Shown in pieces: positions 38,391 through 52,250 of a stretch of 64,000 bases of DNA. The first letter of the stretch is position 1; every line of letters begins with the position of its first letter. Source of the DNA: Phoronis australis (Eukaryota > Animalia > Phoronida); NCBI GenBank assembly GCA_002633005.1, contig NMRA01000137.1, forward strand, positions 248,001 to 312,000, written 5' to 3'. The notes beneath the pieces were generated by a model that did not search any database, had not been told where the DNA came from, and was given only the letters and a program-made list of their open reading frames with translations. Made by a program: the position numbers and the translations under genes.

Positions 38391-41290
38391 CACACACTCT
38401 GTTGTGATATGCAGCAGTTGTACTACTCTTTTTTGAATGCGCCCTAAAGGACTCATCTTGTGGCTACACTATGAGTTCAACTGAAAAAAATCAAACGCAT
38501 TCAGTTATGTTTGTTAGACTAAATCTCACTTAGAAATAACGAAAAAACGATGAAATGTAATTAATAATTAACCCATCAACTAATTCAGGCTCCGTATTAT
38601 TCTAAAATTTTTGACCTAATACCGTAACTTGAACGACTTTTCAGGCCAATGCATAGAAATAAATGTACGTTCACGAACGCCTTTTTGCGTTCACGATCGC
38701 CATAGAGAATTAACGGCATCGTTCCCGATCGCCGCCTCACACAAGGACCTGCTTGTATTGGTAAATATCTCAAATTGTTTCACAAATCATAACTAACAAA
38801 GGTGTCACCAGGGACGATTAAACTATAAACGTCACACGTCTCTTCTTAAGAACCCTGGAATTGCTAATAACAAGTAGAAATTGTCGATTTTACGAGGCGC
38901 AAGGCATTTTACCGAAAGCCATTGCTTTCTGAGCTCTTTATTTTAAAAAATAAGCAAAAGCCAAGTATTATTTCAGATCCACAACGAAAGTTAAACTCTG
39001 ACACTTTTCTGTGTGTAACATTCGTACCAAAGTGGCCTCTATTTAAGCAGAAAATAACACTTAAACTCACCGGGTACGTGACTGTTTTCTGCCATTTTTG
39101 GTGCAAGGTCTCGTTCTCGATCGGCCGGGGTGTTACTGACTCCTCGAGATACAGGGACCTGGGCTGCGTTCCGTAGACTGCAAGACATAAGCTAGCACGT
39201 GCGGCCAAATATGTCTGCTCTTGGAACGGAAACGATGAATTCGATCCCACAATTCAACGCTTCAACCTCACCCGCCATTACAGTGACCGCTGCCAGGCCT
39301 GGCTAGTGGGCTTTCGATCAAACAGGCGAAACACTCACTACTCACTCATGTGACTTTGCGGTGTCCTGCGAGATCTTGTTACTTGCAAGGAATCGAACTC
39401 GATTTTTTTATATTTTCCGCTCTGCTTCAGTACGAATTCAAGACAAGTGTTTATTATTCTAAGCACATTACGGACATGTACGTAGTTCAAGTTCGCAATT
39501 GCTGACACCTGGATTCGAACTACAAACTCGAGGAAAACTCGACATATCGCGTTTGGAATCGAACTCATAATTTTAACGTTGGGGGAAATGGGCTAAATGC
39601 CTTAAGACATGTTCAATATATGTAATTTTGCGCACCATATCTTTGTTTCATTTTATTCAACACATTCAATAGCGACGGGGCCATCAAATGCAAACCTAGA
39701 TTAGACAAGCACTCTCTTAAACAACAACATACTTGAACACAAAATTATAAGCACTTAAGTTTGTATTAAAGTAGAGCGGAAAATGGGCGAGTACAAAGAT
39801 TAGACCTTGGACCTTGGTCAAAACAACAGTTTGTTTACCGTGTACATTGGTTCTACCAGAAATCGCACTTACTGTTTCGACTCGTAGCTATTCACTTCGT
39901 CCTCAGGGAATTCAGTGTTTTTACGACAGCATTTCAAAAGTATTTTCGTTAAAAGTGAGAATTACGTTAACTAGCATTGTATACTGAATTAAAACATTGA
40001 CGGGGCGACTTATGTCAATACTAAGATGGCCATATCGCTACTCAAGATGTTCTGCCGTTATTACTATGTTATTAGGATGCCCAAGTATTGAATACCACGA
40101 AGCTTAAAATATTTAAAATCTACATGCACTTTACGCAAAACAATACGAAGTGTGGAATCGGCGAATGTTATGATGTAAAATTTGCGAGTGACTTCGTTCT
40201 TTTAAACACGTTTTTCTGCTTCGCGGTATTTCTACCTGAGCAGGCAAATTGCATCGGTGACGACACTGCGTTGACAACTGTGTAGTTAAAAGGTTACCTC
40301 TTAGTGGCTACGAACATTTATCGCCTCAGGTATGAGACCTCCTAAGGAGAAGTAGTTATGGCTATTTAAATGTAATTAAGTGTAAGCGATCCAGCTATTG
40401 GCATGTGCTCTGAGGAGTCATGTCATTCTACTTTGTGGTGTAAAAGGAGTGGATTCTATTTTGTGAGGCCAAGTTTTATGCAGTATCACTAGACAAGCGA
40501 AAGCAGTAGTGCCTGTGAACGCTATTCGTAAATATTAACGTGTATCAAATTTCCAGCATCAATTGACCTATCGCAAGCTCCGTTCCCTTGCGAAACGTCG
40601 ACAAAAAAACCATAAGTTTTACCCGACAACGCGGTGTTTGTCGGGTAAAATGGCGGCTCGGAAACGAAGTTTACGATCGGATAGTGTTAAAAGTCCAATT
40701 CTAAATTTCTCCAGTTAGTGCACCAATGAAGTAAACGAAAGTAGTTCTGCTTGTCGCGTCAGCTGTTGGTATCATTATCTCGATTTTTGACCCACAACGC
40801 GTGACTGGACAAAGCCTTTTCAAATTAGTGTAGATAAGCCGGTGAAGCGTGAGACCCCTGAGGTCCCAATCGAGTCCTCACCACAACTCCTTGTTATGTG
40901 TGTCAAGAATGCTGGGTTCTGATTGGTCAGTTAAGCCGTCACTCAAAACCCTGGCTATGGGCACATTAGGCTTTCAGGCAACTTTCACATCCAATTCCCT
41001 AAAACAAAACAATGCTCTGTAAACTTCGACAAACCTCAAAACTTCGGAGGGAAGTTTGAATAATCCTTTCTGAGTCTGCTAAACGGACAAGTGTGACCTA
41101 CGCTTTTAGCGAATTGCAAGGCACTTGTAGGCAAAGACCACCCATCAAGAAGCATAATAAATTCCTGTTTTATCTATCAAGATTGACGCCAATGATGCAT
41201 TAGCAAGTGACAGAACGAGGAGTGTATGAAATCATCATAACATGGTATGGTATCCTTTTAATATAAACAATATCTTTTTACTGCCGTTAA

Positions 41291-42942
41291 AGGAGCATGC
41301 CACCCAAAAAAGCAACCTAATTCGTATCAATTTAGATCGAGTAGTTCTACTCCATAACGACACGTACGGTTGCGTTACCTGACACCTGACGGCAGACGGA
41401 GGTGTTGAAATTATCCAATGACGTAATCGGTTTCACACGCAGTCTGTTCAGCAGTTCACAACACGGGTTACTGGTGTCATCTTATCGCTTGAAGTCGTCG
41501 TTTAACACCAATAAATCCTCAAACTTCGATGTAAAACCCTTAAAAATACACCGAGTTCTTATAAAAACGTGTTGTTTTATTTCACTCTTACGGATTTATT
41601 TGTATTTGGATACACTGTAGCCTACAAAGTTCGGCAGGCCAATAAGGTCCGTAGCAGGAGTTTGGGGTGTGTTCGGAGATAATTTCGAAGTATTTTCCGT
41701 GATATACAGACAGGAGAACCTAGATCTGTGTTGTTTAGATTTGTGATTTTTTTAGTTCTTAACACAAAACGCTTGTTATTCTAGCTAGGAGCCTGATCAG
41801 GCCCCGGCGTCTCGGCCGGCCGGATTGACTCGTTATCCCGGCCAATGGCTCAGAAACTGATCAGATATCACGAACATAAACCAGCCAAAGTTCAGTGGAA
41901 ACTTAACTTCCAGTCAAGAAAATACTATACTAGTGAGCCAAAGTAATGAGAACGTGATTATGTTGGTGAATTAGCCACGAAACTGCAAATCTACTTAATG
42001 GTCGGGGTCCACGAATTCAGGTTCCGCTTTGGCCACAGCACCGTTATACATTGACAATCATTATTTGAGTAATGTAAATGTAAATAAATATTCCCTTTAC
42101 ACCTGGCCGTGGGATGGAAATCGAGTTGTTTCACAACAGTTTCTGCCAGCAAACACTAAATTAGCATGAGCTCACACGGCCTCGGTGTCCCGTCCATTAG
42201 TTTTATTGTACCTAAAGCCGGTAACGCAGTGATTTATTCATTGCTGGCTTCTCAAATCATTTGCACTCACGAACACTCCAAAGGCATTACAAATTGCATC
42301 TAATGAGACAGACTTTGTTTCAGTTTTATATAAGTATTGGTTAGGGTGAGAATAATTCATTTTGAAACAGAACGCTCAGTAATAAACGCCAACATAGCAA
42401 CTCGCAATCCCGACTTTGGACGAGCTAGAGCCCATCAGTCCCGACTTCGCAGGTGGATCGTTAAGTTTTACAGGCTATCAATTCGAACAGAAAAATACTA
42501 GAGAGGCGCCGTGAACAAGCTCATAGAACGGAACGTATGGAGTTACTTGGTAAGCCGGCATTCGTCAGGCACTGTCAATCGGACTTCTGCAGGCCACAGG
42601 AACGGAGATGTTTCACGGCCTCATACTTGCTATTTGCAGCGTACATTTCATTCTTCACTACCATGAGCCACTTCCTAAGCATTTCGGACTCTCGAGGAAG
42701 TGAAAACGATATACCCGCTTTCCTCGCAGCTGCTTATTTCGGACCAGCGGGAACGACGCATCGCAACATAGTGGCATTCACTCTGCATATGAACCACTGA
42801 CGTCGCTAGCGTCGTTTCTCACCTTCCTCACAGGTTAACGCGACACCTCTTGGCAAGGTAAGGTCGACCGTATGCGAGGCGTTGTGGACATAGACCGATT
42901 AAGACGGCAAAAAAACCTAATTAAATCGGGTGGCATTCTCCT
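41291..42942 (-). mobile_element. Non-autonomous Kolobok element, family 1, copy C (inverted)
   Basis: TTAA|AGGAGCATGCCACCC ... GGGTGGCATTCTCCT|TTAA; reverse-complement match to copy B along its length. Confidence 0.9.
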
Positions 42943-45900
42943 TTAACCCTCGAAGCTTGGAACAAGTTTGAAAAGTCCTTGCCATTAATGTCCAATCTGC
43001 GTGACTAAGGTTTCGGGCGACTTATCCGACTGGCCAGTGTCCAAAAAGACTTCGCCAAAATACCGTTACGGGTACAGTACACTATCAAAAACAGCAATAT
43101 TTTACTGAGTAAGGCTTTTATCTCTGAATTGAACTGCGAATCATGACAGGACACAAAGTAAGACTGTGTTCAGTTTTATTTTAAAATGCTGGGCAACATT
43201 GAATGGAGAAACCGTACTCTCTATACTATTTACGCCAACTGAATGTATTTCTCGGAGTAAATACTGTCAACAATGTGTTTCTTCGTTCTCTGTACATATA
43301 AAATTATTTCCATTGAAATTTCGTCTACTATTAAGTTTTTTGCTTTGTAGATTAAATTTATACACGTATACTTGTAGTGTCTTGAACTGAAACAGACGGT
43401 TTTAACTGGCAGACCTCTTGCGATGACTTAAACGGAGCTCAACTATACGTAAGCCCAGCAAACAACGATATAAACTCATGGATACTAATCACGCTCGTAT
43501 TCTGTCTAGGAAAATTGAATTCTCAATTGAGTTGAAACTAAATTGAGCCTTTCCTGTGTGAACGTATTGCATAGCATTCGTGCAAAGCGCTGTAAACTTT
43601 ATTGAGCGTTTTTGGGTACTACGACTGTTCACTTGGGGCACCCGTTTCACACAATAACGAGCGCCGAATGTTTTTCCATTTGATTTCGAGTAATGAAACG
43701 AGTCAACTTGATGCCCTTCGTAATATCTATAGTCATGTAGTGGTCGCAGTGAAGCTTGATTTTTATTATAACTTACTTTGATATTTTTGACCCGCCGAAG
43801 CGGCATCCAATACACGTTTAAAGTACCACGCAGTGCTAATCTGCTCAAGCCGAAATCTGAAATAAATTAAGTCAGCGACGATGGAAAAAGTCAGTCAATA
43901 ATAAAACGTGAGATTGAAAGTGCTCAAAACGTGTTTATGACGATTATCAAAGCGCAGACATCAGCTCTGTTTCTGTGGTGGGAAAAGCGTTTTTCCTATC
44001 ACTGAATGCATTCACGGAGTCATCACGAAGTACATGTGAAGAAATTGATGACTAATAATGAACTTCGTAATGTTTTCAAGGAAAACTTACAGGTTCTGAA
44101 TAAGTCCATGCATTGCCCACACGTTCGTATTTTGAAACAGGGCAAAATAACAAGGTGTTACACGAAACAACAAAGCGATTAACTGTGCTTTTCCGGCTCA
44201 TTCTCGCGTTATATTTTTACAAAAATTGTGCAAATTAAGGCATTTACGCTGACGCGTCTCCATGGTTCTTTCTTCTCTACTAAAGACGTCATTACAGAGA
44301 GGCTTCGTGATTGGTCATTCGTCTTCTTATTATATTGCTTATAAAGTACTTATACTAATTCATTCAATAACAAAATAACAAATAAACGGCGTTTTCTATA
44401 TTGTTTACAAAATTTTTAAATGCACGCATGCATTTTTAATGACTCATTCCAGGCTAGTCAATTCACGTGACTTTCTAATTAAGGTTGTCAATGCATCCAA
44501 GAAACTTTCCAAATAAGGAAGTCAACACAGCCAAGAACGTAACTGTATTTCCGCCTTGCACGAAGCAAACTGCGCGAGCTGAAACAGGACTTAGGTACTG
44601 AGAACAAAACACACACAGGTCACCCAATCACTTTTACGGATTGCGGTTGGTCTAATCCACAACCCAGAAAGTCTGCAAGCGAACTTCTGCTCGGTGCAGG
44701 TTCGCCAACTAATGTCTTAGACAGCAGTAGACCTACTTTGAAATGCAATAATTTCAATAACTAAAATTAATCTGAAGAGTGTCTGTACAGAAGTTCAGGT
44801 AGGCTGTACTCGACTCACCTGTCACCTAGTCGGTGTCCGCAAGGCTGGCAATCCCGGGCCACTCCAGAAGCCCACCGAAGAAAAATTAAGATTCGCTTGC
44901 CCGCAACTGATTTCAGGTAGACGCTATCCGTTAACTTGAATGTGTTCTGAAATATAACTGTGGCTGCTTGAAATACTCCTAACATGAAGTGATCTCTACA
45001 GATCGCATGTCTGCATTTTCAGGCGGTACCGTCAGGGATTATTAATGGCTCACAATACCTTGTGTGTTTTTGACGAGTCCCGCCATCCGTAAAAAATTCA
45101 ATAGTTAGCCGATTAAAATAAATGCAGCACACTATTTAAAGGGACATGTTGCTGTGGTTTAGCGCCTTAACTGATATCACGGCATATCGATTTTAGCTTT
45201 CGAAAGGAAATTTAAATACACTGAGAGCGTCAAAGCGTACCACTTTGCCTTGATACTAAAAATAAACTGCAAGCAACATTTGAATTGTCGTTGCCTGTAC
45301 CATGACCGTGTTTTATGTTTTTTTTAATCAAACAACGGACTTTAAACCAAACATGCACATTGTCAATTCACCTGTGCCGGATTATTTCGAACATTTACAC
45401 GTGCGCGAGATATCCACAGAACGATATCGAGGAAGTTGCACTTGTGTAATGTATTAAACACGACGTTTCACAACTGTGATACATTTACAAACATGGTCAA
45501 TAGCAGACTATATCAAGCTAATTAAAACAACACGCAACAATTCGTGCAACGTGTTTACTGGAGAAGGTAATTTATATTTTCGCTTGCTACATTGATGAAT
45601 TCGTGTTTTGATCCCCGGTTCAAAACCTGACTGAAGACAATAGCTGGGCGCCTCTACTTTCTACGTGATATATGTCTTTTGAATATCGTATTAAACATGT
45701 CTGTTTCAGCAGTTCTAACAATTCCCAGTTCATGTTAAGATTGTTTTTCACACCTAAGAATTTCCTGGTTATCATATCCTAAGATGGATATCGTAAAGCA
45801 CTTAACGTTCTAAAACCACTTTGAAGTGGTGAATAACAAGTATCATTTTTATAACATTGTGATCCATTTAGTTCAAGACCTGGTGTAGTTACGATATCAC

Positions 45901-46183
45901 ATTTCGGTCAGTCTTTAGTCCGGATTTGTGGTACTCTCATGGTGGTCAATGGTGACCACGTTTTTGGATTTTTGGTGCTCGTGGTATGTGAACCGTAGAA
46001 TTTTCTGTTGCCGTTTCAACACAGTCGCCAATAGAGCATTGATGCAACAGCAAATACGACCGGAGAAGTGCTCGAGCGAAACGTTGTACCATTGTAAATA
46101 GGTTAGAGTTTGCTGTATATAGAAATTAAAAGCGACATAAACCCAGACCCGTGGCATAACGCGCGCAAAGTGCTCAGGCCTAA

Positions 46184-46265
46184 AGTCCCGTCCACACACA
46201 ACCTACTCTTTAACAACTTGCACTAGTCCAACTTACCCCACTTTAAGTGGCGCGTTCACACAAGT

Positions 46266-46321
<56 letters not shown>

Positions 46322-46789
46322 CGGATGACTAGGGTGAGGTGGAAGTTGTCGCTCTGTGTGTGGCAATGAACATCTAATGCCAATACGGCTCGCAAAGAGA
46401 TTACCCGTCTGTTTGTTAACATTGTTGATGATTACTTCAGTCCTACCTCATGTTTGCAGCTACACAGCAATTGCAATTGGGGCAAGTTACCATCGAACAA
46501 GTTACTCCTGGAGCGAATTGTTATTAGGTTTAGTGGCTGTGTGGACCCTATTTAAACTGATGCAACTTACCCCACTTGTGACAACTTACTCCACCTTATC
46601 GAGGAGTTGCAAGTTGTTATAGGGTAACTTGCGCCGCAAAAGTTGGGTAGGGCTAGAGTAATTATCAGCTGCGTTACATGCAGGGCTTTCTCTAGGGTGC
46701 CGTATTGCCATTGGGTGTTCATTTTCACGCACATAGCTACAACTTTCAACTTACCCTAGTTATCGGACATGTGTGTGTGTGTGTTTTTG

Positions 46790-46824
<35 letters not shown>

Positions 46825-46903
46825 ATGTGTATACTCCACTTAAATGTGGGGTTAGTTGCACTAGTGCAAGTTGTTCTAGAGTAGAGTGTGTGTGGACGGA
46901 ACT
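46184..46903. mobile_element. Harbinger-type MITE with ~190-bp TIRs containing (CA)n/(TG)n tracts
   Basis: TAA|AGTCCCGTCCACACAC ... GTGTGTGGACGGAACT|TAA. The arms include aacaacttgcactagt, a CA microsatellite and actagggt.ag.tg.aagttgt. Confidence 0.8.
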
Positions 46904-49900
46904 TAAATTATCACAGGTGGGGTACGTTGCGCTAGTTTATATAGCGTCTCGACAACACTCAAACTTACATCGACAACTTGCTTCAGAAGTAACTTGTTCC
47001 AGGGTAAGTAGTGTGTGAACGTAGACTATGCTAGTGAAATTTTTTTTGAAACAGGGCTACCCACGTTTCAGGCAGCTGGGTCCACGGGATTCGCCCCACA
47101 CGCCTATGCTGGGAGTTAGTGACGATCAGGAGAGGGCAGAAGTGATAGCGATGGTGTTTAACCTGAAATTCGTGCTCACAGGCAAACGTTAGCCCGAAAC
47201 CATTTTTACCTCAACATGCTCAACTGTTTCATGCCTGTTAACACAATATAAAAACTGAACGAACACCGAATTCCAAGCCTTCTCGAACTCTGTAGTTCAC
47301 TGTATCTAATTTTAAGCAATTCCCAGAGGCAAGCGCGCAGATACTTGACGGGAAATCGCGCAAGAGGAGAAAGGGCATCCCAAGGGGAACTGTTGAAAGT
47401 TTATTGGCGTTAACGTGAATTGCTGTTCATTCCAGTGGAAGACTGTCATGGCTTGTTATTCAAAATTGCTCTCCAAAATTATTTTTTACGGTTAGCAGTC
47501 TATTTTCTGTGAACAAGTCACTCCATTAGACATATACAATGTTCATTCCCATCAAAGAATGATAAACCTAGTCAGGTGCCGTTTGCGTGTTCCTTTTGAA
47601 CAGCTTCGTCAGCACTGCTTTCCTAATAACAATCTTCAATAGAAATGCTATTCTTAGATATAGGAGAACAACCATTAGTATTATATCCTCATAAATACCC
47701 CAAATGATATTACCTTTATGTAAGTAGAACGTATTCAATCTTCCATCCTTTCGATGACGGCCAGTGCGGTTGTCTTTCGTTCAAAACAGGAAAAGTGCAT
47801 CGGTTAACTACATCATATCATCATGTGTCTCTTCAAGAGGTGATCTTTGACATCGAATGTTGTGCAATCTTACAAAACCAGGGAAAGAGAGGCAAGCAAT
47901 TCCATCACTGGGCCCCCGTCCATGAGTGGACCTCTGGGTTGAGAGGATGTAAATCAAGAACCGCGAAAGGATGTTCATGAAATAACCTCAGTGGATCCCT
48001 TCCAATGACAAGTTTATGAATTTGAACACTTGAATCGAGTTGCTCTACAAAATCTGTTCGTTTCAGGTGTTGTACGACATTTTTGAAATATTTATCATCA
48101 AAAAGTACGTTTTTAAGTCCTAGAAGCACACGTTTTTAACCCTTATTAAATGTTTAAAATACATTATAAGGAACCACACAGTTCTTGTCCCATAATCAAT
48201 AAACAATCCGTAGTCGAAGAAAGTTGAAATAAACGCGTCACTCACGATTCCGATCCGAAGAGCACACCGTCATTTTGAATTAACCGCGAAAGCGTAAGTA
48301 CAATTCATTCAGGAGCCCAAGCTCAGTTAGTATACGCCGTCTGTGCGATTGGGGCAGTGTCTGTTACCAGCCTGCAAACGTGGATTAAATAATCGACAGC
48401 GGACCTCAACTTCAATAAAACCAAAATAGGGACAATTTCTACTGAAAATGTTGACAAAATGTGACAAAATAAAATTTGACAGAAATTATTTTGTCGGGCT
48501 CGGACCTGCTACCGATGACCCGGTGCAGATCGACCACTCGCACTGATGAAAGACGACGAAGGCATACCGTTCCCGGTAGTTTTATCGGAATACATACAAA
48601 GACAGTTTGCCACACTTGTATGAAATTACGGACCAGTAACACTCCTGCACCAGCGATTGAATAACAACCGGGGCCGACTATGGCGGGCTAGGCGTTAAGC
48701 GTGTTTTACTGGGTTTAATTAACTCTGGTAAACAAACAGTATGAACAGAACAACGAACATGCAACATCAAATTATTGAATATAATTGCTTAACAGGTAGA
48801 ATATCCTGACAGTTTAACTTGCAAAAATATGGTAAATAAATTTAGACGTGACGTCACTTCGCTACGCCGGGCGGCTGACTGCCAAGAAAATAACATTTCG
48901 TGGCAAAATAACTTCAGGTAGAAATCTTGCCATGGTGCCAAATGGTATAATATAGGTATTAATGAGTTTAAAGTAAAAGGAATAATTCCCACTAAGCCAG
49001 AAATATTTGTATACGCTGCAGGCCGGCACGAGTCGGACCGCCTGGCATGTCGTGCTAGGACATCTGTGCTCCGCGGGGCAAGACGAAAACATAAATTAGC
49101 TACCCGGCCCTGAATGATTGCAATTCCTGTGACAAGAGATTAAAAAATACTGCGTCAAGCTTCTAACACTGCAATAATTTCCCATCGCCGACATTCAGCT
49201 CATAGACTAAGATTCAATACACTCCCCCGCCCCGGTTTGCGGCGCGGAATTTTATATTTAGACAGCAGAGGAAAAAATTGTAAGTTTGTTCTTGTGAGGT
49301 TTGCGAATATATTATCTCTCATAATTGAAATTCAATCACCGCAACTGCAGGCCGGGGAATTACCGGTACTTCGCCCGTTACTGTGTCTTGACAGCAAACT
49401 AAAGCACAAATGTAGAGCTCACCGAGACAAGACTTGTTTTTGTATGTCGAAACATTGCCGTTTGTGGATGTTTTTTCTATTTTACATTTTGAATGGCCAG
49501 TAAAGCCGACTTGCTGCCAATTACGCACTGCGCTCAACCTTCCGTATAGTCACCGTGACACGGCAATTGTTCACTTCAGGCTGGTACTTTTCATCAATTT
49601 CACGATATGGCGATAAAGATAATTTGTTGATCAAGAATTTTTTTCCTCTAGTTTATTACCTAAACAGGTACTCTTGTTGAAATTTGACGTACCCTTGCGT
49701 TGAGTCAGGGCTGACCTCAGTAGCCGAAAGTTGGCTAGGGGAGACTGCGACGGTACTTCACAAACGTATGATTATGAATTAAATACCATTCGTCATATGC
49801 AAACAACAGATAAAATTTGGACAAGAAATAATCAACTTTGTATAAAAAGTACCAAAATGGGAATCAAAAACAAACAAACAAAGTAACAACGCGTTTACGC

Positions 49901-50249
49901 TCGCGTTGATGTCGATACGTTTTCAAGGAAAATATGACTGGCATTCAGGAATCGTTCCTGAACTGACGCACAAGAACTCAGGTCACGGAAATAGACGAGA
50001 GTAGTCAACAGGAGGGATGTGAACATTATACCACGTTACATATTACTCAATTTGGTATATATTTTAAACTTTTTGAACTAGAATGCCCTTTGAGATAAGG
50101 ACTTTAAGGACATTTACATGTATACTATCAATCTTGCAAAGACTGCTTCCACCCCTAACAAAATGCCCTGGTTAGAGACGCCGCCAAAAAGAGTAAACGC
50201 ATCACTGCTAGTTGACAAATGTTTTCTTTAACTTAATCTGTTTTACGTG

Positions 50250-51760
50250 TTTCGTTGCGTTCGATACTTTCATATCTCATGACGAAGTTAGGTTGCTCAC
50301 GAACACGCCCATCAATGAACCTCTGGATGTAATATGTAGACGTCTAAGAAAGAGAACACGTTTGTTGGCGGTTGCCACTATGAATCTGTTGGAACAAGTG
50401 CTCACAACTACTTAGTTCTACTTTTGTAATGTGCCATACCGACAAAGGTTTGGAACAGCCACGGGGGAGCCCTGTGTCACCACTTGTTGCTAACCTGTTC
50501 ATGGTACATTGAGAGCAACATCCTCTCACCACTGTACCGTTGGAGGCTAAGTCTAAAATGTGGAAACGCTATTTCGACGAAATTTTAGAAGTTGTTCATT
50601 CTCAACAGATTACTAACCATTTGAACCAACTTGATAGTTCAAATAGCATGTTCATTTATAAATTGCATGCGCGCAACCAGCCTTCCATGTGGGGGGTTCG
50701 AATTTCTGACGTTGTGGACCTTTTGTTAACAAAAGAGCGGGCCGACTAAAAAAAAAATGGAAGCACCACTGAGAATTTGGCGTTTGCGCTTATTTAGGGG
50801 ACATTTGTCTCATTTTCTCGGACTTTTTGTCTCTCAGGGTCCCGCTTCGTCAAATGGGGGTCTCGTTCGAGCCCCCTTGAGTGCGCGCATGAGTTGGGGA
50901 CCAATGGATACCTTTTCTGGACACTGATTGTTCGTAAGAAGTCGCATACTGATCAGTATCTTGACTTCTCACCTCACCATCCGCTGAATAATAAATTGGG
51001 TGTGACCGGTGTGACAATATCGTGTCCGACCCAGAGGACAAACTTGCTGAATGGAAACATATTCAGAATGCATCTCGCTACTGTGGATATCCTCGTTGGT
51101 CATTTGACAAGGTAAGCAGACAAATGTCAGGTAATAGCCGGGACAAGAAGGATGAATCCATCGATACTGTTGTGGAATGTCAACGTGTTTTAAGGTAATA
51201 CAATATATCCAGTGCTGCGAAACTTTTTAAGACCCTCAGGAACATTCTTGTGCATCCGAAGGACAAAAGTAGCACCCAAGATGGTACCGGCGTAGTTTGT
51301 AAAGTCACGTGTGCTAGCTGTAATGCAGTACTTATTGGTGAAAGCGGTAGGACTTTGGACACAGGACTCTCAGATTACCAGAAGGATCTGCCCGACCGTT
51401 CAATTGCAATCAAAAACGGGCATCATTATCTCAAGTCTGCCATCACGGACCTTGCTCTTCAGAACAATCACGTGACTGACTGGGAGAAGTCAGCTGTTTT
51501 AGATAGTGATAGCAACAAGTTTCCCAGATCGATAGGGAGTCTGTTTACATCAAGAAGAGGGACAACAACTGTATGAACCGAGACTGTGGTCAGTTCCAGC
51601 TGGACTCCTCATACACTGCACTGCTCAGGAAAACGACCACGGAAGGCGCTCATCACTCTCGTGACGTCGTTCGTGACGTCACGCACTAGTTCCAATCAGT
51701 TTGAGAAAGGCCACACTACCCGATGGTCAAAAACGTTAACTAGAAAGGTACGTACATAAC
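50250..51760 (+). mobile_element. Decayed Penelope-like retroelement (RT + GIY-YIG endonuclease)
   Basis: Motifs in order: LLTNTPINEPLDVI, YRQRFGTATGSPVSPLVANLFM, WKRYFDEI (compare WxRYVDD), PFLDTLIVR, KKSHTDQYLDFSPHHP, LVHPKDK..GVVCKVTCASCNAVLIGESGRTL, KSAITD. Multiple stops and frameshifts. Confidence 0.9.
50666..50891. mobile_element. CATGCGCGCA-type MITE inserted in the Penelope RT
   Basis: Termini CATGCGCGCAACCA / GAGTGCGCGCATG; flanks aattg/agttg; the RT sequence resumes across it. Confidence 0.8.
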
Positions 51761-51994
51761 AACTGCAAATAGATGAACTCTTTCAGTGTTTCCAATCTCC
51801 AGTGAGATGAATCATAAGTTTGAACAATGCTTAAAGTGAAATGAGCATGATTCGAGCACAGGCCTCTAATTCAAAGAAACTGCTAACGCGGTGCACAGCT
51901 GAGAACCCGAACTGATTTCATACTGGTGTTCCATATACAGACCTTTGAAAAATTTGTGTGAGATGACGTAGTCACGTTACAACCGAAAGTATTT

Positions 51995-52250
51995 CATGCG
52001 TGTATCCAGCCTTTAATATGGAGGGGGGGGGGTCGTATTTCTGACAAAGTGGACCTTTTGCTAACAAAAAAGCGGGAAGACTAAAAAAACGGGGTACCAC
52101 CTTCAAAACTGTGAACTGTTCGTCTGCGCCTTTTTAATGGAATTTGTGTCATCTCGGACTTTTTGTTTCTCTGAGGCGGACCTATTTACCCACTTCGCCA
52201 AATGGGGAGAGCTCGTTCGAGCTCCCTGAGCCCCCGTGGGTCCGCGCATA
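51995..52250. mobile_element. CATGCG-type MITE (same family as 1594-1880 and 50666-50891)
   Basis: CATGCGTGTATCCAGCC ... GGGTCCGCGCATA, with shared internal blocks. Confidence 0.7.
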
